DNA of 59,143 nt from Treponema sp. (GTDB taxonomy: Bacteria > Spirochaetota > Spirochaetia > Treponematales > Breznakiellaceae): assembly GCA_031279205.1 (NCBI GenBank), contig JAITIX010000100.1, positions 1 to 59,143 of the forward strand. The letters run 5' to 3'. The position numbers and the translations under genes are program-made. Within the stretch, counting starts at the first letter, position 1. Each line of letters begins with the position of its first letter. This document shows positions 8,217-17,114 of the stretch, piece by piece. The notes beneath the pieces are model-generated. The model was not told where the DNA came from. It was given only the letters and a program-made list of their open reading frames with translations, and ran no database searches.

Positions 8217-9242
8217 ATGCATTTCCAGGCGCCGGCGTTTCAAGAAACGCCGTTTCTTGAAACGTTGATAGAGCGGGCCAAGGCGGACAAACGGCATATC
8301 GTATTGCCCGAAGGCAATGACGAACGTATTCTGTGGGCCGCTGAAACGATACTGAAAAAGGATTTTGCCGAACTTACGATATTCGGGAATCCCGAGGAGA
8401 TGCGGGAACGGGCGGAACGGCTTGGCCTGCAGACTTTTCAAAAAGCCAATCTGCTTGACTATACACGAAGTCCCCTCTTTACCGCCTATGCCCATGTATT
8501 CTATGAACAGCGTAAGGCCAAGGGCGTCACCGAGGAAGGGGCCCTTGCCCAAATGAGGGACAGAAACTATTTCGGCGTGATGATGGTGCAAGATAAAAAG
8601 GCCCACGGGATGGTATCCGGAGCGGATGGCACAACCGCCGATACGATTCGTCCGGCTCTCTCGATCATCAAAACCCGTCCCGGATCCTCAATCGCAAGTT
8701 CGGTATTTCTAATGTGCCTGCCCGATGGCCGTGTGTGGGTTTTTGGGGATTGTGCGGTCAATCCAAACCCTACCCCCGCGCAGTTGGCGGAAATCGCTAT
8801 CCTTTCCGCCCAAACCGCAAGGGCCTTCGGTATTGAACCCCGGGTTGCTATGTTGAGCTATTCAAGCGGGACTTCCGGCGCCGGTCCGGATGTCGATATG
8901 GTCCGGGAAGCGACAAAGATTGCTCTTGAAGCCATAGAACGCCTGTCCCTCGGCCTTCCGCTGGACGGTCCGATACAGTTTGATGCCGCGGTGGATCCGA
9001 AAACCGCAGCTTCCAAAATGCCCAACTCGCCGGTTGAGGGCAAGGCGACGGTGATGATCTTCCCGAATCTGAACGCGGGCAATATCTGTTATAAAGCGGT
9101 ACAGCGAGCGGCTAATGCCCTTGCCATAGGCCCTGTCGTCCAGGGGCTCAACGCTCCGGTAAACGATCTTTCCCGAGGCGCCAGTGTGGAAGATATTGTC
9201 AATACCGTTGCGATAACGGCGATTCAGGCGCAGGCCGGTTGA
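8217..9242 (+). CDS. pta: Phosphate acetyltransferase (Pta/EutD, PTA_PTB family)
   Basis: 341 aa counted from ATG 8217, which has an AAGGAG RBS (the track ORF begins upstream and overlaps eutP). HIVLPEGNDERILWAAE and the C-terminal NICYK...GPVVQGL are typical of Pta. Confidence 0.85.
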   Translation: MHFQAPAFQETPFLETLIERAKADKRHIVLPEGNDERILWAAETILKKDFAELTIFGNPEEMRERAERLGLQTFQKANLLDYTRSPLFTAYAHVFYEQRKAKGVTEEGALAQMRDRNYFGVMMVQDKKAHGMVSGADGTTADTIRPALSIIKTRPGSSIASSVFLMCLPDGRVWVFGDCAVNPNPTPAQLAEIAILSAQTARAFGIEPRVAMLSYSSGTSGAGPDVDMVREATKIALEAIERLSLGLPLDGPIQFDAAVDPKTAASKMPNSPVEGKATVMIFPNLNAGNICYKAVQRAANALAIGPVVQGLNAPVNDLSRGASVEDIVNTVAITAIQAQAG

Positions 9243-9477
9243 AGGGTGGTGGGCGAAAGACGTTGTTCACCTGTCCCTTCTCACTATAATTCGTTTACTG
9301 ACCATACTTTATCACGCTCTTTACCCCGGAACGAGGCGGCGCTGAATATGGTCATCCGGGGGAGGCCGAGTCTTAGACCGAAAGCGCTTCCGTTCGTTGG
9401 CGTTACCGGATAGTCTGTCTTAATGTGGGTTACCTTTTCACCAAATGAGGCATGAGTCATTGACAAGCTAGGAGGGC

Positions 9478-9795
9478 TTGTTACCCAGTATAGCCAGAAG
9501 CCGTGCGGGAATACGCCGGTATTCAGAGCAGGATCTGGAATGGCTGGGCCTTATTTGCTGTCTTAAAAACACCGGTATGTCCATCAAGCAAATCAAGCAT
9601 TTTGTTGCCTTGAGCCAGGAAGGGGATAGCACTTTAAAACAGCGCGGCGCCCTGTTACAGGAACATAAAAAAGAGGTGGAAAACCAAATCGAAGCGATGC
9701 AACGGTATCTCCAGAAGGTTACCCATAAGATAGAATACTTTACCGAACAGTATAAAAAGGTAGCATTGACCGATGGGGCATCACCCATCTTATAG
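9478..9795 (+). pseudogene. MerR-family regulator remnant lacking the N-terminal helix-turn-helix
   Basis: GIRRYSEQDLEWLGLICCLKNTGMSIKQIKHFVAL...coiled-coil is the wing and dimerisation half of a MerR protein. An in-frame TAG at 9469-9471 sits immediately before EGLLPS. I found no HTH-coding sequence upstream in any frame. Confidence 0.55.
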
Positions 9796-9815
9796 AGCTC
9801 ATGCCACCTTCTTCC

Positions 9816-10304
9816 TTATTCTGCCTTCCCGGTTTGCCGCCATCGTTCAATGCGATCAAAGGCGGTATTTAAGCGGGCTGACTTTTCAGTGGCCTTTTTC
9901 ATATTCCCCGGATGCCCTGCATGGCGGTCAGGATGGTGCATTTTGAGGAGCTTTTTATAGGCAGCCTTACAATCTTCTGGAGATGCCCCCAGAGGCACTT
10001 CCAGTTCCGCAAAATCCTGCCTCAGGGATTCAGGGATTGCTTGAGCAGTTTGAGGCCGGGTAAACGCCGATGCCCTAAAATCCCCGGTACTGTTGTGGGT
10101 ACGGAAATTACCCGTATCAAAGGAGGAGCGCTCCTTTTTGCCGGGCTTCCGCTGCAGATAATCCTCCAGTTCTTCAAAGGCCACTTGCATATCCGGATCC
10201 TCACCGATGGGCCGTCGGTTTTGGAAGGATCCTCCCCAAGGCTCTTCAGGTTCATCATTAAGATAGCTTCTTATCACATTTCCAAGACGGTCAATAATTC
10301 CCAT
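9816..10304 (-). CDS. J-domain (DnaJ-like) protein with a C-terminal J domain
   Basis: The C-terminus reads PEDCKAAYKKLLKMHHPDRHAGHPGNMKKATEKSARLNTAFDRIE, which contains the HPD motif. I prefer the start at the internal ATG 10304 (MGIIDRLGNVIRSYL) over 10370, but the start is uncertain. Confidence 0.65.
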   Translation of the reverse strand: MGIIDRLGNVIRSYLNDEPEEPWGGSFQNRRPIGEDPDMQVAFEELEDYLQRKPGKKERSSFDTGNFRTHNSTGDFRASAFTRPQTAQAIPESLRQDFAELEVPLGASPEDCKAAYKKLLKMHHPDRHAGHPGNMKKATEKSARLNTAFDRIERWRQTGKAE

Positions 10305-10478
10305 ACCCTTAAGTCTACTCGGTTCAACAAGAAAAAAAAAGCAGGATACAGGAGCGTAGTAAGCAGGCACCCTTCCGGTTATTTATACCGCTGCCAATAG
10401 GGGTGAGGTGGGAACGCAGTGACCTGACCGCCCGAGCCCCGTAGGGGCGAAAGGGCCTGTTAAAGGATATTGACAAAA

Positions 10479-10513
10479 TTGTATAAGCCTATAAGAATTA
10501 TAGGCTTATACAA
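10479..10513. promoter_or_regulatory. Perfect inverted repeat (16-bp arms, 3-nt spacer) between a TTGACA box and the pdxK RBS; candidate operator or 5'UTR hairpin
   Basis: TTGTATAAGCCTATAA-gaa-TTATAGGCTTATACAA, with arms exactly complementary. TTGACA at 10470-10475 lies just upstream and AAGGAG 3 nt downstream. Confidence 0.6.
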
Positions 10514-10529
10514 TCAAGGAGAAATAACT

Positions 10530-11345
10530 ATGATTAAGATTGCAACGATTGCTGGTTCAGACGCATCAGGAGGGGCTGGTCTTGAGGCGGATTTAAAAAC
10601 ATTTGAAGAATATGGCCTTTATGGTATGGCGGCGGTAACGCTTATCGCGACAATGGATCCGGAAAAAAATTGGGCCCATACTGTATTTCCCTTGGATGAA
10701 AAAGCCCTGAAAGCGCAGTTGGAGACTATCTTCAAGGGGGTGGGAGTTGCTGCGGCAAAATCCGGTATGTTAGGAACAGCTTATGCGGTAGCATTGACCT
10801 GTGACTATATAAGTTCTCACAAAATAAAAAACTATGTGCTTGATCCGGTGATGGTGTGTAAAGGAAACGATGAAGCACTCAATCCCGAACTAACTACCGC
10901 CATTGCGGAACAATTGCTTCCCCTTGCCCTTGTAACGACGCCCAATTTGTTTGAGGCGGGACAGCTTTCGGGAATAAAAAATATTGCAACCATTGAACAC
11001 ATGCAAGAAGCCGCCCGTATCATTTTGGATAAAGGGGCCGCAACGGTATTTATAAAAGGCGGTTCAAAATTACCTAACGCAACCAAGGCGGTTGACCTTT
11101 TATATGACGGGAAAACCTTTGAATTGCTGGAAGCCCCGTTAATAAAAACCAATTGGACCCACGGGGCAGGTTGTACTACCTCTGCGGCAATAGCGTCCGG
11201 CTTGGCCCGGGGACTTTCAGTTTATGACGCAGTTGCCTTGGCAAAACGATTCATCACCCAAAGTCTTTATGGAAATTTTGCTCTTAATCAATGGATTGGT
11301 CCGGGAAATCCAAGTACCTGGAGAAAAGAAACCTTATTCACCTAA
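10530..11345 (+). CDS. pdxK: Pyridoxal/pyridoxine/pyridoxamine kinase (ThiD-family PdxK type)
   Basis: IAGSDASGGAGLEADLKTF, MDPEKNWAHTVFP, DPVMVCKG, THGAGCT and the C-terminal LNQWIGPG closely parallel Bacillus-type PdxK as I recall it. ATG 10530 has an AAGGAG RBS. Confidence 0.75.
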   Translation: MIKIATIAGSDASGGAGLEADLKTFEEYGLYGMAAVTLIATMDPEKNWAHTVFPLDEKALKAQLETIFKGVGVAAAKSGMLGTAYAVALTCDYISSHKIKNYVLDPVMVCKGNDEALNPELTTAIAEQLLPLALVTTPNLFEAGQLSGIKNIATIEHMQEAARIILDKGAATVFIKGGSKLPNATKAVDLLYDGKTFELLEAPLIKTNWTHGAGCTTSAAIASGLARGLSVYDAVALAKRFITQSLYGNFALNQWIGPGNPSTWRKETLFT

Positions 11346-11898
11346 CGATATGGCCCGGGAAATGGATCATGCTATACACCGCGCATCCAAGTTAATTCAT
11401 GCTTATTATGATACAAATGGACCACCATACTACCGGGGATGGCCGCAAAACGCCGGGAGTTTCAATATCCGGCTTCCCTTGCATCTTGATGGTGCAAATG
11501 AAGTTACTCCATTCTTATCCAGCGGACCCTGGGCATAGCTAAGACCCGCGCTGCCAAGGGAGCTCGCTCTACGACACGCACCGTTGCCCCGAGCCGAGCC
11601 ACTGCCCAGATCTAGCCTCCTGGGCTGGCTCCCGCGTCCAGGCCATTTTCTGAACCAGACCAGGGCTTCCCAGAGCTTAAGATAAGGCGAAACAGGGCAA
11701 GCTAGCTATTCTGCTTCCCGAAACAGGCATCAATTCCCGCAGGGTACTCCAGGTAAAACGCAGGCCCCCCAGGATGCACAAAGATTCCCTAGTTCCGCGT
11801 GCAGATGCGCTTCAACGGTCGTAAGCCGCTCATACACCTGACCAGGAAGCAGGGTAAGGATCATGAATAATGCATAGAAAAAACCTATATCCCCCCAG

Positions 11899-12252
11899 TT
11901 ATTCCGAAGTAACTAGTTCTGATTCAGAACGCCAGGCAAGATAATCTACATAGGATTCAAATTGCTTACCTTTAGGCGACTCTACAACCATAAAGGCCGC
12001 TTCACAGCTATCCTCCCGGGAGTGAATCCAGCGGGATTCAACGAGCAATTCAAATGAACCGGTTTTTACCACCGATTCAGGGATAATCTGAATGGCATAC
12101 CGAGTGTTGAGCTGTAGATCCAAATGCTTGGCGCATTGTATACGACATCCGGTAATACTGAGATCTTTTAAAAGCATATCACCTTCAAAAACCGCGGGAA
12201 TACGAGCTCGTCCAATGGTATGATATCTGATATTTTTTCGTCGTTCTTGCAT
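11899..12252 (-). CDS. Single-domain PilZ (c-di-GMP-binding) protein
   Basis: It carries the RRKNIR (RxxxR) and DLSITG (DxSxxG) signatures at the expected spacing. The start is taken at ATG 12252 with a GAGGG RBS (the track ORF starts at 12306). Confidence 0.7.
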   Translation of the reverse strand: MQERRKNIRYHTIGRARIPAVFEGDMLLKDLSITGCRIQCAKHLDLQLNTRYAIQIIPESVVKTGSFELLVESRWIHSREDSCEAAFMVVESPKGKQFESYVDYLAWRSESELVTSE

Positions 12253-12404
12253 ATACCCTCTAGTATGGTTACTGAAGGTACTTTCGTCAATGCCACCTGT
12301 GAGCATGGGGAACGACGTATTCTACTGCTAACCTTCCCTGTCCTTAAGGTCTCCCAAGGTATGCCCTCTGGAATCTTCAGTTACCGCTGCTTCCGGTAAG
12401 GCGT

Positions 12405-13160
12405 TTATATACCGGGACCTCGGGCTGCACGAAACAGCGTTACAAAACGTTGCGGCTCTAGGTTACATGCCCCCAGGGTATCTTTATAGTCCAAAGGCAT
12501 CCCCAGATCCAAGAAGGCAAAACCCTGCTCCTTTAAGTATTGAGCGGTGAGGACCATTTGCACGGTTCCTGCAGAATTTTCATCATAATACCCCGAATAG
12601 CTGGTATACACCCGGCCTGCTAACACCCCGAATTCTCCTGCTTTAAGCTCCCCATTCCGGTACACCCCAAAGGAGATGGGCCTGACCTGTGGATCTTGAT
12701 AGTTCCGTATCCGGGTGAGACTCTCTTGCAGCTGTAGGGTAAGCCAGGCATCACCGTGGATATGCACACAGCGTTCCATGATACCCTGGAAATCCGTATC
12801 TACTCTGAGTTCATAGCGAGGCAAAAGGGGTTTAATTGATTTCTTGATGTGGAGATCCGAAAAAAAGAGTATAGACCGTATCAGGTGGAGTTTGGGAAGC
12901 AGCAGAAAATTCGGTTCAGCCACCGAGTGGCCCGAGATATCTACCGGTAGTTCCGTAGACATGACGAGGAAACCTGCTGCCATAAGACCGGCAATAAACC
13001 GAGGATCAAAGTCCAAAGCCACACAAAATTCTTGGGCATAATCGGTTTCCAAAAGGGCATCTACCACCGTATCCGGGTTATCCTCAGGAGAAATAAACAC
13101 ATACCCAGACGAAGTATAACGAAGACTGGAATCCATAGTACAAGAGTATACCATACCCAC
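12405..13160 (-). CDS. Leucyl/phenylalanyl-tRNA--protein transferase-like (Aat/GNAT-fold) protein
   Basis: By eye it is collinear with the Aat architecture: LPKLHLIRSILFFSDLHIKKSIK..., F..IMERC, then YRNGELKAGEFGV...SYSGYYDE...LGACNLEPQRFV. The assignment comes from remembered family features only. Confidence 0.5.
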   Translation of the reverse strand: MGMVYSCTMDSSLRYTSSGYVFISPEDNPDTVVDALLETDYAQEFCVALDFDPRFIAGLMAAGFLVMSTELPVDISGHSVAEPNFLLLPKLHLIRSILFFSDLHIKKSIKPLLPRYELRVDTDFQGIMERCVHIHGDAWLTLQLQESLTRIRNYQDPQVRPISFGVYRNGELKAGEFGVLAGRVYTSYSGYYDENSAGTVQMVLTAQYLKEQGFAFLDLGMPLDYKDTLGACNLEPQRFVTLFRAARGPGI

Positions 13161-13208
13161 TGGGCTTTGCCTATCATTTTTTCTATGGCCCCGGTATCCT
13201 TGAGAAAA

Positions 13209-13685
13209 ATGGAAAAACAGGTACTGTATAAAGTATTGTTTTTTGTTACAATAAGGAATATGGCGCTATGGTCAATGTTCTCCTGGTTAAAAATACGTTC
13301 CACCATACAGACCCTCAGGGTAAGCCTTGAGCAGGTATTGCAAACCAGACGGAACCTGGTGCTTCTTTGCTTAGGGGTCCTGGTGTTCCTGTTGATCGGC
13401 TTCATGGGAGCCCTCTTCCTCATGAATCATATCCCTAAGATCCCGTCGAATTTTTCCCGAACATTAAGTAATGATTTTAAGCCCTTATCAATTGCGCCGG
13501 AAGAGCTTTTTCTCCCTGATGAACCAGATTTTCTCCCCGAGGTGCTCTTAGAACGAGAACCCCGGAACCCCTGGACGATTGAAGATGTCCGTCCATTCTG
13601 GACGGATCCCTTGCATGATGATCCAGAACAGTGGCGAAAGCGAATAAAAGTGGCTATTGATGAATTCTTGGAAGGTGTTCCATGA
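13209..13685 (+). CDS. Small single-pass membrane protein, function unknown
   Basis: It has one clear TM helix (LVLLCLGVLVFLLIGFMGALFLM). The stop overlaps the next gene's start (ATGA at 13682). The start is uncertain (13185, 13209 or 13260) because the track ORF start overlaps the convergent upstream gene. Confidence 0.45.
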   Translation: MEKQVLYKVLFFVTIRNMALWSMFSWLKIRSTIQTLRVSLEQVLQTRRNLVLLCLGVLVFLLIGFMGALFLMNHIPKIPSNFSRTLSNDFKPLSIAPEELFLPDEPDFLPEVLLEREPRNPWTIEDVRPFWTDPLHDDPEQWRKRIKVAIDEFLEGVP

Positions 13686-15229
13686 AAATACACAGGATGC
13701 ACGGTGTTTTTCACTTTTTTTTATTTTTTTCCTTTACGTCGGGGGCTATGGGGACTGAAGCACCAGGGTATACCAGTCAAGGTTACTGGTTCCAAAAGGT
13801 GCTGGTTGCTGAAACCGTAGATATTGCTTCTGATTCTGCAGCCTCCCTATTCCCTGAAACCTATCTCCCGGAAGCGGCTCCCCTTGAACAAGGCTTCCCT
13901 GTTTCCTTACCAGGAACTGAGACCCCGCCCTTATCAGAAACACCAGATACCGAGGTCCAGTTCTCTGTTCCCCCTCAGGTACCCAGGAATGTGGAGCCAG
14001 CCTTACCCCCTGCTCCTGAGCCCTCAATTGCCGGTATTGTTCCCCCGTTTACGGTGTTGCCTCCTCCTGTACCGCCTGCTGGGTCTTCGGAGCCGGCGTT
14101 ACCCCCGGTTCTTGAACCCCCGATCGCTGATCTCATTCCTACGGTCGGGATTGTTCCTTCGGTTTCCGCGCCCCCCACGCTGCCTGGGGCGGGGCCCGCT
14201 GAACCGACTCTAGCTACCTTGCCGGAACCTGTACCGCCCCCGGTGGTGTCTCCTCCTGGTTCCATCATAACCGTGCGGCCCTTTACGCCTCCGGGTGGGA
14301 TCCAGGCTCCGGTTCAAGTCCCGCCCCCTGCTGCAGCAGTACCGGCTCCAGTCTCAATTCCAGAACCCCCTCGATTGATAAGACCGGCAGAACCGGAACC
14401 AGCCCCCCAGATAGCCCGTCAAGCGCTTCCCCTGCAGGGGAATCCTCGTCAAGAAGCTCCTACTCAAGGGTCTGCGTCTGCGCAAGGGGAAAGGTTCGTA
14501 AAGACCGCCTATTCACGGACCGTTCAAGCCATAGTAGGACAGGTCGTAGAAATCCCCTTCCGGGGAACCGGTTGGATCTATCTGGGGGAACAGGAATCCA
14601 GGCCAGGGATTGCCTATACTTCCCGGTACTTGGAAAAAGAAGGACAGAATTTTCTGTTCCATACAGAGCGGTCAGGAACCTATATCCTGAACTTCTATAA
14701 ACAGGACTTTATTGAAGATTCCATCATCAACGATGCGGTCCAGGTGATAGTCAATCCAGTTCCTAACGCTCCTGAAAGAAGCAGGCCCTCCATAGCTGTG
14801 GAGCCAAGCCGGGTAATTGCAGAACCCCGCTGGCCTACCCTTCCCGGAGCAGCTGCTCAGGACAGCACTGCCCCTTCTGTCCAACTGCCGCTTATGGAGC
14901 TTCCTCGTGCTGCGCAGGCGCTACCGGAAGTTTCCCCGGCTTCCTCGAGGAGTGACTACTTGCAACAAGCCCGGGAAGCCTATAGCGCAGGACAGTTTTC
15001 CCAGGCTATCGCTTCCTTAGATCAGTTCCAGGAACAGTACCCTGCGGGGACTGATGAAGCCTGGTGGCTCTATGCGCAATCCTTGGAAGCCCCCAGTCCA
15101 AGCCGGGATATTCGTTCTGCTTTGGCGTATTACCATCGGCTGATCCGGGAATATCCTCAAAGTCTCCGGGGAAACGATGCCCGGCGACGGATTGCCTACC
15201 TTGAGCGATATTATGTTACGATTCAGTAA
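13682..15229 (+). CDS. Secreted proline-rich protein with a C-terminal TPR/YbgF-like helical repeat
   Basis: It has a signal-like N-terminus (FHFFLFFSFTSGAMG). A roughly 250-aa Pro-rich region carries internal ~35-aa repeats (EPALPPAPEPSIAGIVPP.../EPALPPVLEPPIADLIP...). The C-terminus reads SDYLQQAREAYSAGQFSQAIASLDQFQEQYP...ALAYYHRLIREYPQS. Confidence 0.6.
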   Translation: MKIHRMHGVFHFFLFFSFTSGAMGTEAPGYTSQGYWFQKVLVAETVDIASDSAASLFPETYLPEAAPLEQGFPVSLPGTETPPLSETPDTEVQFSVPPQVPRNVEPALPPAPEPSIAGIVPPFTVLPPPVPPAGSSEPALPPVLEPPIADLIPTVGIVPSVSAPPTLPGAGPAEPTLATLPEPVPPPVVSPPGSIITVRPFTPPGGIQAPVQVPPPAAAVPAPVSIPEPPRLIRPAEPEPAPQIARQALPLQGNPRQEAPTQGSASAQGERFVKTAYSRTVQAIVGQVVEIPFRGTGWIYLGEQESRPGIAYTSRYLEKEGQNFLFHTERSGTYILNFYKQDFIEDSIINDAVQVIVNPVPNAPERSRPSIAVEPSRVIAEPRWPTLPGAAAQDSTAPSVQLPLMELPRAAQALPEVSPASSRSDYLQQAREAYSAGQFSQAIASLDQFQEQYPAGTDEAWWLYAQSLEAPSPSRDIRSALAYYHRLIREYPQSLRGNDARRRIAYLERYYVTIQ

Positions 15230-15235
15230 GGGATT

Positions 15236-16309
15236 ATGATAAGTCCTGCAGAAATCGAAGATAGCGCACAAAAGATAGTCCCCGGAATCCTAGATGCCTA
15301 TAAAACCGAATTAGCCAAACGGATTGTAGGTCAACAAGAAATGCTAGAGGGGCTGCTCATGGCCCTGATTGCCGGGGGACATATACTCCTTGAAGGGGTC
15401 CCCGGGCTGGCGAAAACCTTGGCGGTTAAGAGTCTTGCGGATATTACCGGTCTTTCGTTTAAGCGGATCCAGTTCACCCCGGATCTGCTTCCCGCAGACC
15501 TCACCGGTACCCTGGTATGGGAACAGGCTTCTGGAACCTTTTCAGTACGGCGAGGACCGGTTTTTGCCCATGTGATCCTGGCAGACGAGATCAACCGGGC
15601 TCCGGCAAAGGTCCAATCCGCCTTGCTTGAGGCTATGGAAGAACGGCAGGTTACCATTGGGGAAACCACCTATCCGCTGGCAGACCCCTTTTTTGTATTG
15701 GCCACCCAAAACCCCATTGAGCATGAAGGTACCTATATCCTCCCAGAGGCAGAACTGGACCGGTTTCTCCTCAAACTTTTGATCCGGTATCCTAGCATGG
15801 AAGAGGAAACCCAGATCCTGCAGATGACCGCTTCCCAGAAGACCTTGAGCCTTAAGACCGGTGAGCAATGGCCCCCTTTACAACCGGTTTTAGATGCTGC
15901 TACGTTGACGACCCTGAGAACTGCTGCGGATTGTGTCTTTATAGATAAGCAGATTGTCGCATACATAGTCTCAGTGGTGGCAGCCTCCAGGCCCGTAGCT
16001 TCAAAGGCTTCGGCACCTCGGCCCAAAGGGGGACGGCTCCCTGGGGAAGTGGTGGAAAAAGCCCTTAAGGAGGAACTGTACCGGTATATCGCCTTTGGCG
16101 CATCCCCCCGGGCGTCTATTGCCCTCTACCGCTGTTCCCGGATCCGGGCGTTGTTCGGGGGCCGTTCTTTTGTGAGCCCTGAAGACGTGAAGGCAGTGGC
16201 ATTGCCGGTTTTACGGCATCGTATTGTCCTGTCCTATGAAGCTGAGGCAGCGGGCCTGGATCCAGATGCGGTCATTTCCCGACTGCTCACCGTGGTGCCC
16301 GTCCCTTAA
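15236..16309 (+). CDS. MoxR-family AAA+ ATPase
   Basis: IVGQQEMLEGLLMALIAGGHILLEGVPGLAKTL (Walker A), ILADEINRAPAKVQSALLEAMEE (Walker B and sensor) and the C-terminal GASPRASIAL are all typical of MoxR. Confidence 0.85.
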   Translation: MISPAEIEDSAQKIVPGILDAYKTELAKRIVGQQEMLEGLLMALIAGGHILLEGVPGLAKTLAVKSLADITGLSFKRIQFTPDLLPADLTGTLVWEQASGTFSVRRGPVFAHVILADEINRAPAKVQSALLEAMEERQVTIGETTYPLADPFFVLATQNPIEHEGTYILPEAELDRFLLKLLIRYPSMEEETQILQMTASQKTLSLKTGEQWPPLQPVLDAATLTTLRTAADCVFIDKQIVAYIVSVVAASRPVASKASAPRPKGGRLPGEVVEKALKEELYRYIAFGASPRASIALYRCSRIRALFGGRSFVSPEDVKAVALPVLRHRIVLSYEAEAAGLDPDAVISRLLTVVPVP

Positions 16310-16313
16310 AGCT

Positions 16314-17114
16314 ATGCAAACCCGCTGCATTGATACCCATGCCCATCTCTCCTTGCTTCCCCAAGGAGCCATCTCTGGGGAAGCAAGGCTGTTTCAGCTT
16401 TTCCAGGAAGGATTCGGCGGGATTATTGATATTGGAACCGAGGCAGCGGATCTCCAGTTCAGGCTCAAGGCTTTTGCCCAATTTGACCGGATCCGTTTTA
16501 GTGCTGGTATATGGCCTTCCAAGGAATCCATTGCAGCGCGAAAGCGCTTAATTCCCTGCTTAGAGCAGCATATCAGCACCACACCGCAAGGCCGCCTGAT
16601 TGCTATTGGCGAATGTGGGCTAGACCGTCATCATAACCAGGTAGCAACCGGTGCGGATCTGGCAGGGGAGCGGGAACTGCTGGAACAGCACCTGGACATA
16701 GCACAACGGCATAAACTTCCCGTTATCATCCATTCCCGGCAATCTGCCAAGGAAACCGGGGAAATCCTCTCGCTGTACCCGCACGTTCACGGGGTGATTC
16801 ACTGTTTTTCCTATGGCATTCCCGAAGCGAAAAGCTTCTTAGAGTTGGGTTATTACCTTTCTTTTGCAGGAACTCTCACCTATAAAAATGCCCAGGGACT
16901 GCGGGAGGCCCTTCAGTTTGTTCCACTGGATAGGCTGCTCCTGGAAACCGATGCCCCCTATCTGGCACCTCAGCCTTTCCGGGGAAAACCTTCAGAACCG
17001 GGGATGGTGGCGGAAACCTATCGCCTGGCCGCGGCATTACGCCAGATACCCCTGGAAGCCTTACAAGCTGCCATTGCCCAGAATGTGAGCGCCTTATTTG
17101 GCATCCGATTTTGA
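16314..17114 (+). CDS. tatD: TatD-family metal-dependent hydrolase/DNase
   Basis: It starts at MQTRCIDTHAHL (ATG 16314, 4 nt after the MoxR stop). It carries the GECGLD, IHSR, HCFS and ETDAPYL motifs. Confidence 0.85.
   Translation: MQTRCIDTHAHLSLLPQGAISGEARLFQLFQEGFGGIIDIGTEAADLQFRLKAFAQFDRIRFSAGIWPSKESIAARKRLIPCLEQHISTTPQGRLIAIGECGLDRHHNQVATGADLAGERELLEQHLDIAQRHKLPVIIHSRQSAKETGEILSLYPHVHGVIHCFSYGIPEAKSFLELGYYLSFAGTLTYKNAQGLREALQFVPLDRLLLETDAPYLAPQPFRGKPSEPGMVAETYRLAAALRQIPLEALQAAIAQNVSALFGIRF

Noticed and set aside
10401-10460. GC-rich element GGGGUGAGGUGGGAACGCAGUGACCUGACCGCCCGAGCCCCGUAGGGGCGAAAGGGCC upstream of the ThiD-family kinase, superficially like a TPP riboswitch (GGGGUG...ACCUGA.C-stem-...AGGG)
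   Set aside because: It is too short, and it lacks the CUGAGA motif and the P3 arm. It lies upstream of the likely TTGACA promoter, and the downstream gene looks like pdxK rather than thiD.
11224-11538. 104-aa ORF overlapping the 3' end of pdxK
   Set aside because: Its first 40 codons are an out-of-frame reading of pdxK. The remainder (from ATG 11350) has no RBS or recognisable features, so I mentioned it only as part of the gene-poor gap.
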